From positions 67,642,001 through 67,706,000 of the forward strand of contig NW_027266275.1 in assembly GCF_022045235.1 (NCBI RefSeq): a DNA stretch of 64,000 bases, written 5' to 3'. Made by a program: the position numbers and the translations under genes. The notes under the pieces are model-generated. The model did not search any database. It was not told the origin of the DNA and worked only from the letters and a program-made list of their open reading frames with translations. Within the stretch, counting starts at the first letter, position 1. Each line of letters starts with the position of its first letter. Below are positions 1 to 11,830 of the stretch, one piece after another. This DNA comes from Haliotis cracherodii (taxonomy: Eukaryota).

Positions 1-90
1 TCTGGTCCAGGCTCGATTATTTACAGACCGCCGTCATATCGCTAGAATATTGCCGAGTGCAGCGTTAAACACCAAACAAACAAAACAAAA
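1..90 (+). mobile_element. 3' end of SINE family A (Nin-domain-like)
   Basis: Same 3' sequence (tctggtccag..gattatttacagaccgccgtcata..gttaaac + caaa tail) as the copies at 55998-56215 and 57710-57960. Confidence 0.85.
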
Positions 91-94
91 TCTT

Positions 95-2100
95 ATATGA
101 AATACTAACAATACTATCCCCAATCCCTGTTCCTACAGGCCTGTAATATATCAGGTAAAGGTAGTTATTCAGGTGGGTATGCCAATCAAGACAACAGATA
201 TTAGTTTTAAACACTCACTTTCATCACCATTAAGAAGGTAGAATTTACATGAGGAGTAAATTTAACCAGGTCTTGGTGAAAAATTCCTTTGAACATGTCA
301 AAGCAATGGAACAAGATTATTCAGGAATTGGGTATATATAGGAAACTATGAAATGGACATTATCACCTTCAGTCTGTGACCTTTGTACATAAATTCGAGA
401 CATAAGACTGCAAAAAGTAAATATCCAGGGTTTTTTTTCACTTTCCAGCGTCTCCTGTCTCTCAGTGTCAAGCAGTATTCCCAAGCGTCCTGTACAATCA
501 TTTAGGCACTTGCCTCCAACAAAAGGCACTTTGAGCTAGTTAGGGGTATTATCATGAGACTGGTAAATTGCATTTTTCTTTGCAGAAAATACGCTGAGAG
601 AATCTGCTTATTTCATAAGTATTTGGTAAGGATAATGTCAGATGTCAATCCCTACTTAGAACTCGAGAACAAATTTCCTTTGTTGATGCGAAATTTAATT
701 TTGGGTAGAGCCGAGTGGCCATCTGATCACTGTGTATTGTATCTTGCCTACGATGCACCTACGGGATACGTACACCAATGGAATTTCCGATATCGTGTGG
801 TCTTAATAAAAAGTTTTTTAATAAACATTTATTAATCAAATATCCAGAGCAGAGACACCTTGGGTTCAATTAAAACCCCTGTGACAGTTTGAAAATGGTC
901 AATTTACATGAGGGCAATCTACTGTGGTGCATGGAAACGTATTGTCGCTTTTCCATTGCATCGTTGTCAGCTGCGGTCTAACCCCCTAGAATTTTTACAT
1001 TTGGTAACAGAAAATAGATTGGCGCATTATTTAAGGAACACATCGTCATTGTATCTCATTGTAGAGGAACTATCTCCCTGTCTGTTGCCAAGAGACAAAA
1101 CAAAAATGCGTCCTCGAAAAAGGTGTAAATATTCATTTAGTTTCAATAAGTACATTTGCAGAAAGAGTTGTGGTAACTCGTACTATCAGTTGCCTTGAAT
1201 GTTAACTATGCTAACTGCTACTTTTGTCATAAACACACGAATTATTACCTATTACCAGCATGAAAGGGGCTATCTGGTGCATATTCTGTTGAGTATACAT
1301 TTCTGTCATCAATTCTGCTCTTGAAACAGAATTGGTTGTCTGAATTTATGTCGCCACAATGATCAGTCATTGAGGATTCAGTTGGCAGTTCCCATGGTGT
1401 AGGCTTGTAACTACACAAAACGTGTGGACTTTTGTTACAATGATTAACTGCCTGTTATCATGGGTGTGAAACATGACGAGAGTATAGCATGCCGAACCGA
1501 TGTCATGGCTTTGAAACAGCGGAGCCTACTTTGACTCAAACCCATGAATCTATAGATTGATGCATATCTTGACTTCATAGTAGAGAATGAATTATTAGCA
1601 ATTCAAATATATCGTGACGATATGTTGTCAGGGCGCCAAAGTATACCCAGGTTTGCCACTAGATTCTAATCACAATCAATATGTTTGAGCTATTGGTTCA
1701 GAAGTACATTTGTTTTGTATCGCAGATGTGTTAATATATAGACACATGAGTACTGATTATCATTCATTTCAGGACATATCAGAGAAGCCCAAGTGTGAAC
1801 TTCGGAGAAAACATCATCAGATCCACACATTTCATGTAGCGTCTCTCAAACCTCTGTTGGGATATTGTAAGTTGGTGTGTCAGGTCTGAGCCATTATCCT
1901 CACTTCCAGTCATTCATTTCAGGACATATCAGAGAAGTCCAAGTGTGAACTTCGGAGAAATCATCATCAGATCCACACATTTCATGTAGCGTCTCTCAAA
2001 CCTCTGTTGGGATATTGTCAGTTGCTGTTTCAGGTCTGAGTCATTATCCTCACTTCCAGAACATATATACTCCGCTACATCATCAACCTGTGAGGATGCT
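95..2100 (-). pseudogene. L: Endogenous Mononegavirales-like L (RdRp) fossil, N-terminus to catalytic core
   Basis: Ordered motifs on the minus strand: PDT(H)LQYP-like ~1885-1858 (needs an indel); RKFHWCTYP (motif F-like, ~790-765); *NKQI (motif A WN-like, ~615); ESEKKPW (motif B GGxEGxxxKxW-like, ~445-425); EGDNV (motif C, GDN at 367-359); then KTW..YLLNG..CLKLIS (motif D/E region). Confidence 0.7.
1761..2060. repeat. 150-bp tandem duplication (2 copies)
   Basis: 1761-1910 and 1911-2060 are near-identical, with a few substitutions. Confidence 0.95.
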
Positions 2101-2179
2101 TCTCTAGTCTCTAGCCTGTCTGGCTTAAATTTAACACCTTGTCAGTGGTTCAACCTGTATACTCTCGATCAGACAACGA

Positions 2180-2400
2180 CTCGTAAAGATCCGGGGTAGA
2201 ACAGGTCTTAAAGGGCGATATATGACAGCGGTCTGTACAATAATCGATCTGGACCAGACAATCCAGTGATTGACACCATGAGCATTGGGATACGATGACA
2301 TGCAACAACCAAGTCAGCGAGCCTGACCGCCTGATCCCATTAGTTGCCCCTTACAACAAGCATGGGTATCTGAAGACCAATTCTAACATGGATCTTCATT
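2180..2400 (-). mobile_element. SINE family A copy preceded by an inverted piece of its own 5' end
   Basis: 2220-2400 is the reverse complement of the family A body; 2183-2210 is the family 5' end in + orientation. Confidence 0.75.
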
Positions 2401-2766
2401 GGGGCGTTGACGTTCTGGAATAGAATCATTCCCTAACAATCCGTGCTTGGTGTAACTAAATGGATTGGTTCTCAACTACGGTGTTTTGGATGATTGCACG
2501 TCATAGTACCCGACAACGACGTGGGACGTTGCTCATTATAACAATAAATGTGTCGAAAACCTTTTCATAATCATAAGAAAACTCCATTGTCCTTTGTACA
2601 GCTTAATTAAAACTGTTTGGTCAAATTAGCTTTTGTGATTTTGCCAGCCAGTGCAGAAATCCCAATTCATATGCATAAAGAAATCGATCGCAGGAAGGGA
2701 GAATAATTGGTGCCCATGGTGGATGCCTACTTCTTGCCTAAATATATTATTCCTAAATTTCACTTA

Positions 2767-3773
2767 TACTCTTCAAAAATAGAAACGCACAGGTAGTATG
2801 TAGTTCATTGAACCTGGCCACAAAAGAAATCCGGTATATAAGTTGTATATATGTTATTGGGAAATGTTGGGGGCCTGATATTCGACAAACGGTGCGTCAA
2901 AATGCAGCCATTGTCGATTTGCAATGTCTAAACGGCATTGTTTTCACACTTGTAAAAAATGTCATGGAGGAAAAGTAAAGCAAAATGCAAGTGCATGTTA
3001 TGGCATTTGTAACTCGTGGAAGTGGCTTTAAAAAGGCAAGCATTCCCAATAATTTCTCATCCAATTGTCAATATTTTTCAAGTTCGAAAATGCTGAGCGC
3101 AGCCGATCGGACGTATCCTAAGAGGGGAATCGCAGTCTTCTGTTGCACGCCACTTCCACGTCCACTACAGCATCATTTGCCGCCTAGGGGGCCGATACAC
3201 ACAGTTCAATTCCACTGCAGACCGTCCGAGAATCGGCCGACCAAGAGTTACCACCCCTGCACAGGATCGCTACATTCGACTGTTTCACCTACGTCATCGC
3301 AATGCCACAGCTACGGAGACTGCATGACGCATACCTTGTTTGAGGAGGATATCGGACCAGACTGTCAGGAACCATCTTCACGAGGCTGGAATCCGACCCA
3401 GAAGATCAGTTATCGTCCCTGTTTTGCAACAGATCCATCAACAGCGACGCTTGCGTTGGTGCCATACCTTACAGCCTTGGAATTTGATAAACTGGGGACG
3501 AGTGTGGTTTAGCGAAGAATCACGATTTCTTCTTCACCGGCGAGATGAACAGCCGTGATTGCTGCGCGGGGCGGTCACACAAGAAGCGCAACCTTGTGGC
3601 CTTATGTGACATGAATATGAACAGTTATCAATGCCTTCGTACAAAGACAACATGTGGCTATAGAGCTCCAAAATTTCATATTTGTATCTTTGATATAAAA
3701 TTAAATACATCGACTTTATTAGGTACTATTAATATACTAAAAATCTACCTGTGCGTTTCTTTTTAGGAGAGTG
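2767..3773 (+). mobile_element. Internally deleted Tc1-type DNA transposon
   Basis: TIRs tactcttcaaaaatagaaacgcacaggtag / ctacctgtgcgtttctttttaggagagtg; transposase remnant RRISDQTVRNHLHEAG..WGRVWFSEESRF. Confidence 0.9.
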
Positions 3774-4199
3774 AAAATGTTATCGATGAGGAAGTCACAT
3801 ATTATTTTTTCAGTTAACTCCAGATGACATTTGCTTTCGTTTTTAACAAATTGTTTTGAACCTTTGTGGATGTAACTATATCTATGGTCACCAGGTTCAG
3901 TGGATCAGGAAGGAAGTTGTCCCTTAAGTTTGTCTTGTGGGATTTCACATAATTCCACAAGCTCTACGTAATGTGATTGTAGTCCTACTCTGCTAATGCC
4001 CTCATTCAGTGAACTTCGGGACATGGATTGTCTACATAACATGACTTTGCAATCTACCAAATGATATTTTATTTCCCTTTTCTTGTATTTACATTCACCA
4101 TTTTGACAGTATCACTGCGAGAGACTTTAAGACGCTCGTCTAGAACTCTATCAGACTACTCCAACACAATTACGTATCGTGACCATAGTGGCTAGCCTT

Positions 4200-5130
4200 T
4201 GTTGCAAACGGAGGAGGTAGTGGTTCAAGCAATTTATATATTAAAGGTGTATAACAAACTGTTTTAGTCTGAGGTTTAATTGATGGGGGGAAACTAATCC
4301 TAAAACATGGCACTCATTTTCCTGTTTGATGAGAACAAATTTGTATTTAAACCAAATGTCAGTCTTAACAAAATAGATATATCGAAATGATCGTGAATAA
4401 AATAGCCTAAAGCTGATCTATAAAGTGAAGAAACCCAAATATAACCATGAATCAACATGTGTGAAGAGACCTTTACGGCAGTGGCCGACACATCCGTTAC
4501 AATCTCACGGAAGAAGCATACATGTATAGCAAAGATTTGGAAAATATGTTTACATACGTAACTGTAAGACAACGATCATAAATATCTTAAATGAATTACT
4601 GATACACTACAATTCAGAACGATGAAAACTGACCCCCTGCCTAGAGCTAATTCCTGTATATCTAGTAAACCTTTCCTTCTTCCAAGTTGTATCATGAGCG
4701 ATTGATTGTCTTATATCATAAAAAAATGATTTCTGCGAAACACAAGACGCCATTGCTGAACCAGAGTTGATACTATCATTACAACAAGGTATTTGTGTTA
4801 CATCTTAGATATCAAATATATAAAACGTTTTCAAGTAGGCGTGAGCCAAGGGACTCTTCAGGCAAGGTGATAATTGCGAGCTGCGTTTTCGGGCTGAAAA
4901 GAAAACCTAAGGTCCAAGGTGCCAATGTTTCTATGTACCATGGGCCAAACCAAGAGTCCCAAAACCATAAACCATAAATATCAGATCGGAATCAGTAGAT
5001 ACTAAATGATGATTACTTCAGCAATAATCATTGGCAACTGGCTCCTCTTCTGTAGCGAAACTAACTCATCAGATAACGTTGTCTTAAATTACATCCATTT
5101 GTCCCCCGGGTCAGACACACACTGATTGAA
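4200..5130 (-). pseudogene. NP: Orthomyxo-like nucleoprotein fossil
   Basis: MDVI*DNVI**VS..NHHLVSTDSDLIF..HLGP..QIFAIHVCFFREIVTDVS resembles Thogoto/Quaranja NP (HHxL, LGP, QxxFHxCF..EDL); nucleotide homolog of 26785-26930. Confidence 0.55.
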
Positions 5131-5199
5131 ATGAATAAGGGAACACTCAGTTTTAGACACAGTAAAATGATATGCTGTCAGGGGTTCTCAGTCTTGTCT

Positions 5200-6400
5200 G
5201 TCAAATACGCGTTGGAAACAGTGCACACAAACACATCTCACCATTTGATTCTGAGGTGTTGAATTTGAATGCACGCCATTTCAAATGTACTGACAACAAA
5301 GATTAATTCCCAATATTTATCATTGTTCCCCTACTCCTCTCCATCAGTATATTACTCCGACTGTGAAGGTATTGTTTTATGATCAATGCCAAGTTATGAC
5401 CAAGTTGAAAACTCGCGTCAGCGTTTAAACCCTTTGTCTGATGACAAACGAGTGTCTTGTCTCCATGAAAGTTACACTTTATTGTTCAAACAGTTAAATA
5501 GATTTCTTGTTGTGGACAGTATGGAGGTTCCGCATAAATCATTTACATGCATGCTTTTGACATGCTAAGTCACGGTTTATCATAATGAAAATGGTAAAAT
5601 GATACATGTATATGATCAACCCTTTCACCAGTGTTCGTGTAAAAGAGACTTTTTTTAGGAAAGTTTTCAGCTATATGTGAATGCTGACGGAAAAAAGTTG
5701 CAATGGTCAGGATTGCCAATTTAGCCAAACTTATACATTCAACACTAACTATTAATTAAGAAGCTTGAGCTGCCAATTAACAAGTTGTAGCATAACTAAG
5801 TCGATGCAGACATACACAGGTTCTCCTGTGTGGGTTTTTAGTCATTAAAGGTAGTTCATTCCTCATTGATCTCTTTAAAGCAACATTAGATCACCCATAA
5901 AGATGCGTGATAAGGCCACGTTCCTCGAAGGTTGCACAGCATGACTACTGAAAGCTACTACAAATGAGTGCATAAAAAAGATCAGCATTAAGCATTACAT
6001 GTAAGTTGTAATTTCTGACAACATAAACTTATTAAAAAAGCTTGTTCATCGTGTTAATGCAAAAGTCAATATTGATAACAGTAAAATTATCGATTCTTGA
6101 AATGGGCAATAATAGTTCTGAAAGGTGACGATGTTTTGAAATCTTTTGAACTCACAGAATCATTGATGAGTATGTTGTGAACGATGGAAGGAAATATGTT
6201 TTATCGCAATTCTGATATAGTAATATTAAATAATATATGTAATGGCACGTTTTTCTTAAGTACCAATATATTTATATTCTATTTTATATGTCATAAAATG
6301 AAAAGAAAAGACGTTTGTGTGGAATGTCTTCTATTCAAAGCCACTCCATCTTATTCCTTCAAACATACTGAAATAGTTCATTTTGAAATTCTCGTTAACA
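5200..6400 (+). pseudogene. PA: Orthomyxo-like PA C-terminal domain fossil
   Basis: LELPINKL then LCGFLVIKGSSFL (5826-5864; influenza LYGFIIKGRSHL), RCVIR, YK*V (KW), FYRNSDI and VECLL (influenza EECLI), in the correct order. Confidence 0.7.
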
Positions 6401-6790
6401 AATGCACATTCACTCAACAGTTTTCTTCATGGATACCTTGTTGTGGCCGAGAGCTCACCAATACAATATTATTAATGTCATGCTTGAATTAAACCACCCA
6501 GCAACGAAACAAAGATGACTTACAACCAGATGAAACAAACAATAAATTTGACTCTCCTCAAAAGAAGAAATTCATATTGCATTTGTATGCATGGCATTTG
6601 TGTGTTCAGTATTTCATTTTCAAGAAAGAAAATAAATTAGGAGATAAACCTCCGGTTCTACACATAAATGAGATAAACATGGTATTCGGCAAGGTAGTGG
6701 AACATTTGTCAGTTATGATTGATAATTGGACAGTTTTCATGATATTGAATCAATGTCTTTGGAATATTGCCAAAGGTTGATCATTCTATT
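6400..6790 (+). pseudogene. PB2: Orthomyxo-like PB2 C-terminal fossil
   Basis: TYNQMKQTINL then YFIFKKENKLGDKPPVLHINEI, compared with influenza [12 protein letters not shown] / [20 protein letters not shown]. Confidence 0.6.
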
Positions 6791-6974
6791 ATTCATGTAA
6801 CCATTAAGCGTCATTATTGAGGTGTTACACAGATAATATGAGATATAAAAAATGTCGAGAAAACTTCGCATTTTCAACTTCAAAGAGTGTAGTTCAGTTG
6901 CATCTGTAAGGACAATTTTATACCCACATTGACTGTTACTTGTCAGGACCGCCTCAAGTTGTGGAGCGTACATT

Positions 6975-7085
6975 AGTCCGGACTAGTACAAGCAGCCACA
7001 CACAAACGTGCATGCACGTCGCCATATAAGTGCAATAATATTGGACGCGACGTTAAACCCCATTTCACCTCCCCTCCCCTCAACT
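6975..7085 (+). mobile_element. 3' fragment of SINE family D
   Basis: Matches 41563-41665 (agtccggactagtacaagcagccacac..ggacgcgacgttaaaccc). Confidence 0.85.
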
Positions 7086-7099
7086 TGTCTCGTTTTGTA

Positions 7100-7900
7100 T
7101 GTGCATGGCCTAAACCATTGGTTGTGCTTTGTGTAGGAGTGTGCTTTGGGTAGCTTTTACCATCAACAACATTATTGCAGTTTTCATTGTATTTAATAGT
7201 TGATCTTTTTTCCAATTTCCTAAACTCACCCAATCAGTGTGACATTGACATAAACAACATGTTTTTCAACTGGTAATCACATTGTCAACATACTCAGTTG
7301 GTATATGTTCATATCAGACACCCTTCACACCTTGGGCACCCTTCATTAATGAAGCTGGGTGTAGTTTATCTACTTTTAATCAAACACAGAAACTGAATGC
7401 TGCTTTCTATAGCTGGGGGTTATTTTTATAGCGGCGAGCTTCTGTTTCCAGAAATGGATGTCTAACATACGGCGTCACAACAATACTTTTAGCGAGCTGA
7501 CAAGAAATTGCAATTTCTTCCACCATGTCGTCTATACCTAACGGCATCTCTGAAACAGATAGTAGAAAGGAAACAAGAATATTTTTTCAAGGACGAGGGA
7601 GACTATCCTGAAGAGATGTTCTGTATAATAAACACAAGGGACGAAACCCTTTTTATATTTATAAGAAATATCTGCCAAAAGCAGAGTCGACTACACCATT
7701 CTGACTATATCATGAGCACGTGTTTATGTAATTCACTTTGAAATTCCACACAGTGCGAAATGCTTTGCTGTTTAGCACTGCGACATGACATATATAGAAC
7801 TGTTTCGATTTCTTTGAATTTTGCATCGACATTTTCACATAAATAGGATATGTTCAAATGTAACGCATACATGTAAACCTTGTGGCTGGCATTTATATTG
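7100..7900 (+). pseudogene. PA: Orthomyxo-like PA C-terminal domain fossil
   Basis: VHIRHPSHLG (~7307), KWMSNIRR (7452-7475; influenza KWGMEMRR), DETLFIFIRNICQK; nucleotide homolog of 44050-44400. Confidence 0.65.
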
Positions 7901-8335
7901 CTCAGAAGTCTTTTCACTCCGGGAAACACAGCACGTTGTTATCATAACAAGTAGCTGTAGAAGCTTGTCCTTTTCAGTATTCAAATTGGATTTGTAAAAA
8001 AATGCTTCTGGCGAATCCAAAGGCTCAACAAGATCAAATATGAGCTAAATGGAACAGGAGACCAGTTGGATGTTTTAAGGGTTTGAGAGTAAATGTCACG
8101 CTCGATTTTGTACGACACCCAGTGCTTGTTTTAATAACATACGTTCGAGGGGGACATGCTCAGGAGATCAAAGTGTATTTTGCAAAGAAACTCTGTGTTC
8201 GTCAATTCAATTTTGATAGATGATTTGAATTTTTTCTCTTTTAAAAGTCCAGTTCGCCCACTGAAGGTACTGTGCATTAAAAATTGCCGAAATGCTTTCC
8301 GACTATGTCAGATTCGAGAATTGCACCAGTCATAA
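7900..8335 (-). pseudogene. Orthomyxo-like PA (linker/PA-C start) fossil
   Basis: YLQWANWTFKREKI (influenza QLKWALGENMAPEKV) followed by W....E...LKTSNW..KHFFT. Confidence 0.45.
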
Positions 8336-8700
8336 TTTTTATCACATTTAGAAATGTCTTCCACATGTCTACCATAAAACGTTTTGAAAGCTTTCTGCTA
8401 GGGCCTTGAATGATTAATCCCTGATCAAACATCAGTAATAAGGGGTGGTGGATGTATCTAAATCAGATAGGAGAAGTCCTTGTGAACTTTGACAAAATCA
8501 CTGTGATGCAATTTGCAAAGGGTGTTGATGTAGTCAGTTGGTTGAGAAGGGCATCCTATTATGAACACAACATGGATGAAAATTATGATAAATGATCAAC
8601 ATGAAATAGGTGAGACGGTTTCATTGGTCTCTTTTATTTCAAACTCAGCAAATGTAATATTGAATAAAAACAATATATCCCATGTGACTTATCAGTTTCA
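8335..8700 (-). mobile_element. Decayed Penelope-like element fragment (RT C-terminus)
   Basis: DQG..aFKtFYGRH-like sequence homologous to 19850-19925 and 27570-27640. Confidence 0.6.
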
Positions 8701-9059
8701 AAAGTATATTTTAATGCATGTTACGGGATGATTATCTGTGTTTAAATGATATATTACTTCTTCTATGTACCATATTCTACTGCAGAATACGATTGGTCAG
8801 AACCTTGATAATGCGGACATGGACATGCTGGCAGTAAGAGATGGGGAGGATTATATTTATGGTTCTATGTTTAGACATTCTGAAATGTCTCCTAAGAATT
8901 AAAGGATCCTTCTTCAAAGGATCGAATTTTAATCAGCCAGATTAACCGAGATTCACCGTAATATCACGTGTGAAAGAACCATTACAGGACAAGGACATTT
9001 TCTAAAAAATCAAAAATATTTCAGAAGTATTTTCTACTACAAATGGGAGGTGGAATAGG

Positions 9060-9240
9060 TTGCCAGTGACCAAGGCTTGTAACATACGATTAAAAGGATC
9101 GGGTGATCTCGTTGATTACATGTTGTTGTGCGCGGACGGCTTTCATCACAACGTTGAGCACTTGATTGTCTGGTCCAGATTCGATGAATTACAGGCTGCT
9201 GTCCTATAACTGGAATAACGTTGAACATATATACACAAAA
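9060..9240 (+). mobile_element. Degenerate SINE family A-like copy
   Basis: ggatcgggtg..gattgtctggtccagattcgat..ctggaata. Confidence 0.6.
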
Positions 9241-9249
9241 ACATATGAA

Positions 9250-10690
9250 TGTCTAGCTTGACACTTGCAATAACACTGTCAATATTTAACATAATTCAGA
9301 ACACTGAAATTAACCGAAGCGAAATAGGCGACAGGGCGATATATACATTTTGTGCAATGTTTCCTAATAGCCCCAAACAAAGATCTACATTGGTGTCAAT
9401 CAGAGTGAATAAAACTGGAGAGAGGTTCCCGTGTCTTTGGTATGATTGGCAGGCTTGATCTTTGGGGGAAAGCAACTGTTCATGTGATGTCTGATTTGCC
9501 AGCATGCAACAGCAAGTGGTTGTGTTTAATTCACACGCCTTCAAAGTTGAATCCTTTGATCTTGGGGAATAGATTTTATAGCTAATCAATGACACTGCAT
9601 TGACCTTTTGGATGTTTTTGTATTGCAGTGCTACCTTCTGTCACTCACATGGGTTTTTCAGAGTAATTGCACAGTTCAACTGGATTAAAGTCAATTGGTG
9701 TTTTCTCTCTTTTGTGGTGTCATCTGCAGCAGGATAGGTCACAGCGACGTTACCAACATTGACTGGGTTGCTGCGAACTTCTGCGTCTGTTGTGATTGGA
9801 TAAGGTGTTTTGTTGCTCTGGTCCAGTTTGTCCACGAGTGATAGCTGACTTACAGACAAGGAGTGACCTTATCGTCTATTTTCTCCAAGTGTGTAATGGG
9901 TCAGTGAGGGAGTTTTTGATTTACACCAACTTCAACAGTATTTCGATCTATCACGACGTGTCAACGAGGAATACCAAAATACATGTCGTAGACATACCAA
10001 TGACCACAGCTATGGCACATTTGGGATTCCAGGTGTGAATACCAATGTCCAGAGGTAATCCACCCAGGGGTATGGGCAGGGTTTTATTTGTAAAGTATTC
10101 ACACGACATGGCAGCTTGCCCTACCAATATTCTGATACCCATCCTCAGAGAAGTACACCCCTCCTACGAGAAGTCCAAAACACGTTAGCTCCTTTTTAAT
10201 CTCATTTGAATGAGCCAAGGGCAATATCATGAATATACTGTCAGTACGTACATTCTCCGAATAGAAACGCCGAACATTATAAGTCTATACATTATATATA
10301 CGGAGTGACCTTTCTGATTTTCATGGAATTTACATGCCTCCTCTTCTTTACAGCAATACATGAATATCCGCCATAACTAAAATTAGCATTGCCCACTTAC
10401 GACGGGATACATTCATAGATTTCCAGATTCATAAAGAATTTTCAGATTAAGAAATTAATAATCTCTTTCTTTGGCCCTCTCAAATATTGCTCCTAAAGAG
10501 GACTTACTCAAATGGCCATTTGATGGAACACTACTAGAGCGTCGCTTCAAGGCCATTTGTTGTAGAAACAAGACTGAATACCTAATGTCTTGTCTTTCAT
10601 TCTGAAGTCTATGTATTTCTGGTTGGTGTTGATGGGATATTATTAAATAAGACATGGGGAAGTAATCGTACAATGGACACTTTTTATCAC
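9250..10690 (-). pseudogene. L: Bunyavirus-like L (RdRp) fossil, motifs C-E to thumb (left-arm copy)
   Basis: RRSS (motif C site), VSGQC*F* (motif E), YNVRRFYSEN..FGLLVGG, LPIPLGGLP (10079-10053; bunya PxxLGG), LISYKIYSPRSKDS. Confidence 0.7.
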
Positions 10691-10692
10691 AT

Positions 10693-10962
10693 GGGGTGCG
10701 TGATTGCCCAATCGTCGAAGACGTCGCAGTTCGCTATGTAGAGTTGGCACCGAGTAGGCGTGCTGGGTTCGAATCCAATTTGTCCTGATTATGTGTTTAG
10801 GTTTTTCAGCACCATAACCATACTGGTTTCCTTAAAATGGTAAACGTCTTAGACCTGTATCACATGGAGCGTTGCCCCCATACCAAGCTGACAAGCTGAC
10901 AAGCTTTTGCATTACTGAAATAATGTTCAAGTGGCGTCAAACCGTAATCACTCACTCATTCA
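10693..10962 (+). mobile_element. Old tRNA-derived SINE family B copy (orthologous copy at 40020-40270 in the right arm)
   Basis: tRNA-like head with gggttcgaatcc; body similar to 45726-46006; ctca tail. Confidence 0.8.
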
Positions 10963-10964
10963 CT

Positions 10965-11587
10965 ATTTCAAATGTAAAATATCGATAATCTTTGTGACAG
11001 CTAAAGTCTTTTTGGTAATGGAGTGTGCATACACTATAATACCATTGTGTAAATCTGCCCTTCTTCTTCACTCCCAGACACACATTTCCTGTATAATGCA
11101 TTTCCAAATGTGTATGTCATTTTATGCCCTCTAATATACGCCTCTTTAACCTCAAAACTCCACACTCACTGGTAACAGCGTGTCTGGATTAACAATGTTT
11201 GTGTGGTTGAGAGTACCGTTCGAATAATGAAATCAATATAAACCACTTCAGATTGTGGCAGTGCATGGCACGGTGTTTCATAAAAGGAACATCGCACCCC
11301 TCTTAACGCTGGTACGTTTTCCCATAAATCATCCACTAAATGTCCACACTTCCTTAACTACTTAATACGTCTGGGTCAATGTATGGAAATGTGAAAGTCC
11401 ACCTTGACTTGATAAACATTATTATGAAATGTAGTGAGGTTTAATTTATCAAAATATGGACGATGGGGTATATTTTTCGAAAGGTTGAACACACTTTTGG
11501 CGGTTCCTGACACAAACTTAGTTGGAGAATAGAAGAACCAGTTCTCCTTTAGTTAGGAATAGTATAGCATCAACGTGTAGTAACGGA
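10965..11587 (-). pseudogene. Bunyavirus-like L C-terminal fossil (left-arm copy of ~39390-40020)
   Basis: FTFPYIDPD..EVWTFSG*FMGK, a protein-level homolog of 18885-18750; the right-arm copy continues from an L-thumb-like segment. Confidence 0.45.
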
Positions 11588-11589
11588 TA

Positions 11590-11830
11590 AAGATAAAACT
11601 ATATAGATACTAATCAAAGCGACAAAACCCTTATATTGTCATAAGAAACGTCCATGGTACGATTACGCCTATATCCTTAGGATATGCACTATGACGTAGT
11701 GATGATACGAGGTGTTCACTAAAAGGGGAGCATATGGTGCCCCACTGGGTGGCACCCATCACAAACACATGCAACGACAAACGATGATGTGATGAAGGAT
11801 TGGTTTGTACAGGAGTGAATGTAAAATCAG
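11590..11830 (-). mobile_element. Penelope-like element 3' end fragment
   Basis: gcgacaaaaccc..cataagaaa..ggtggcacccatcacaaacacatgcaa, shared with 29380-29580. Confidence 0.65.

Noticed and set aside
554-1198. Short ORFs in the supplied track as real genes (applies to most 60-120 aa ORFs)
   Set aside because: They are chance frames or antisense shadows of decayed viral or TE coding sequence
1773-1866. Possible + strand exon (tttcag ... gtaagt)
   Set aside because: There are no partner exons, the donor is lost in the tandem copy, and the region fits better as the minus-strand start of the L fossil
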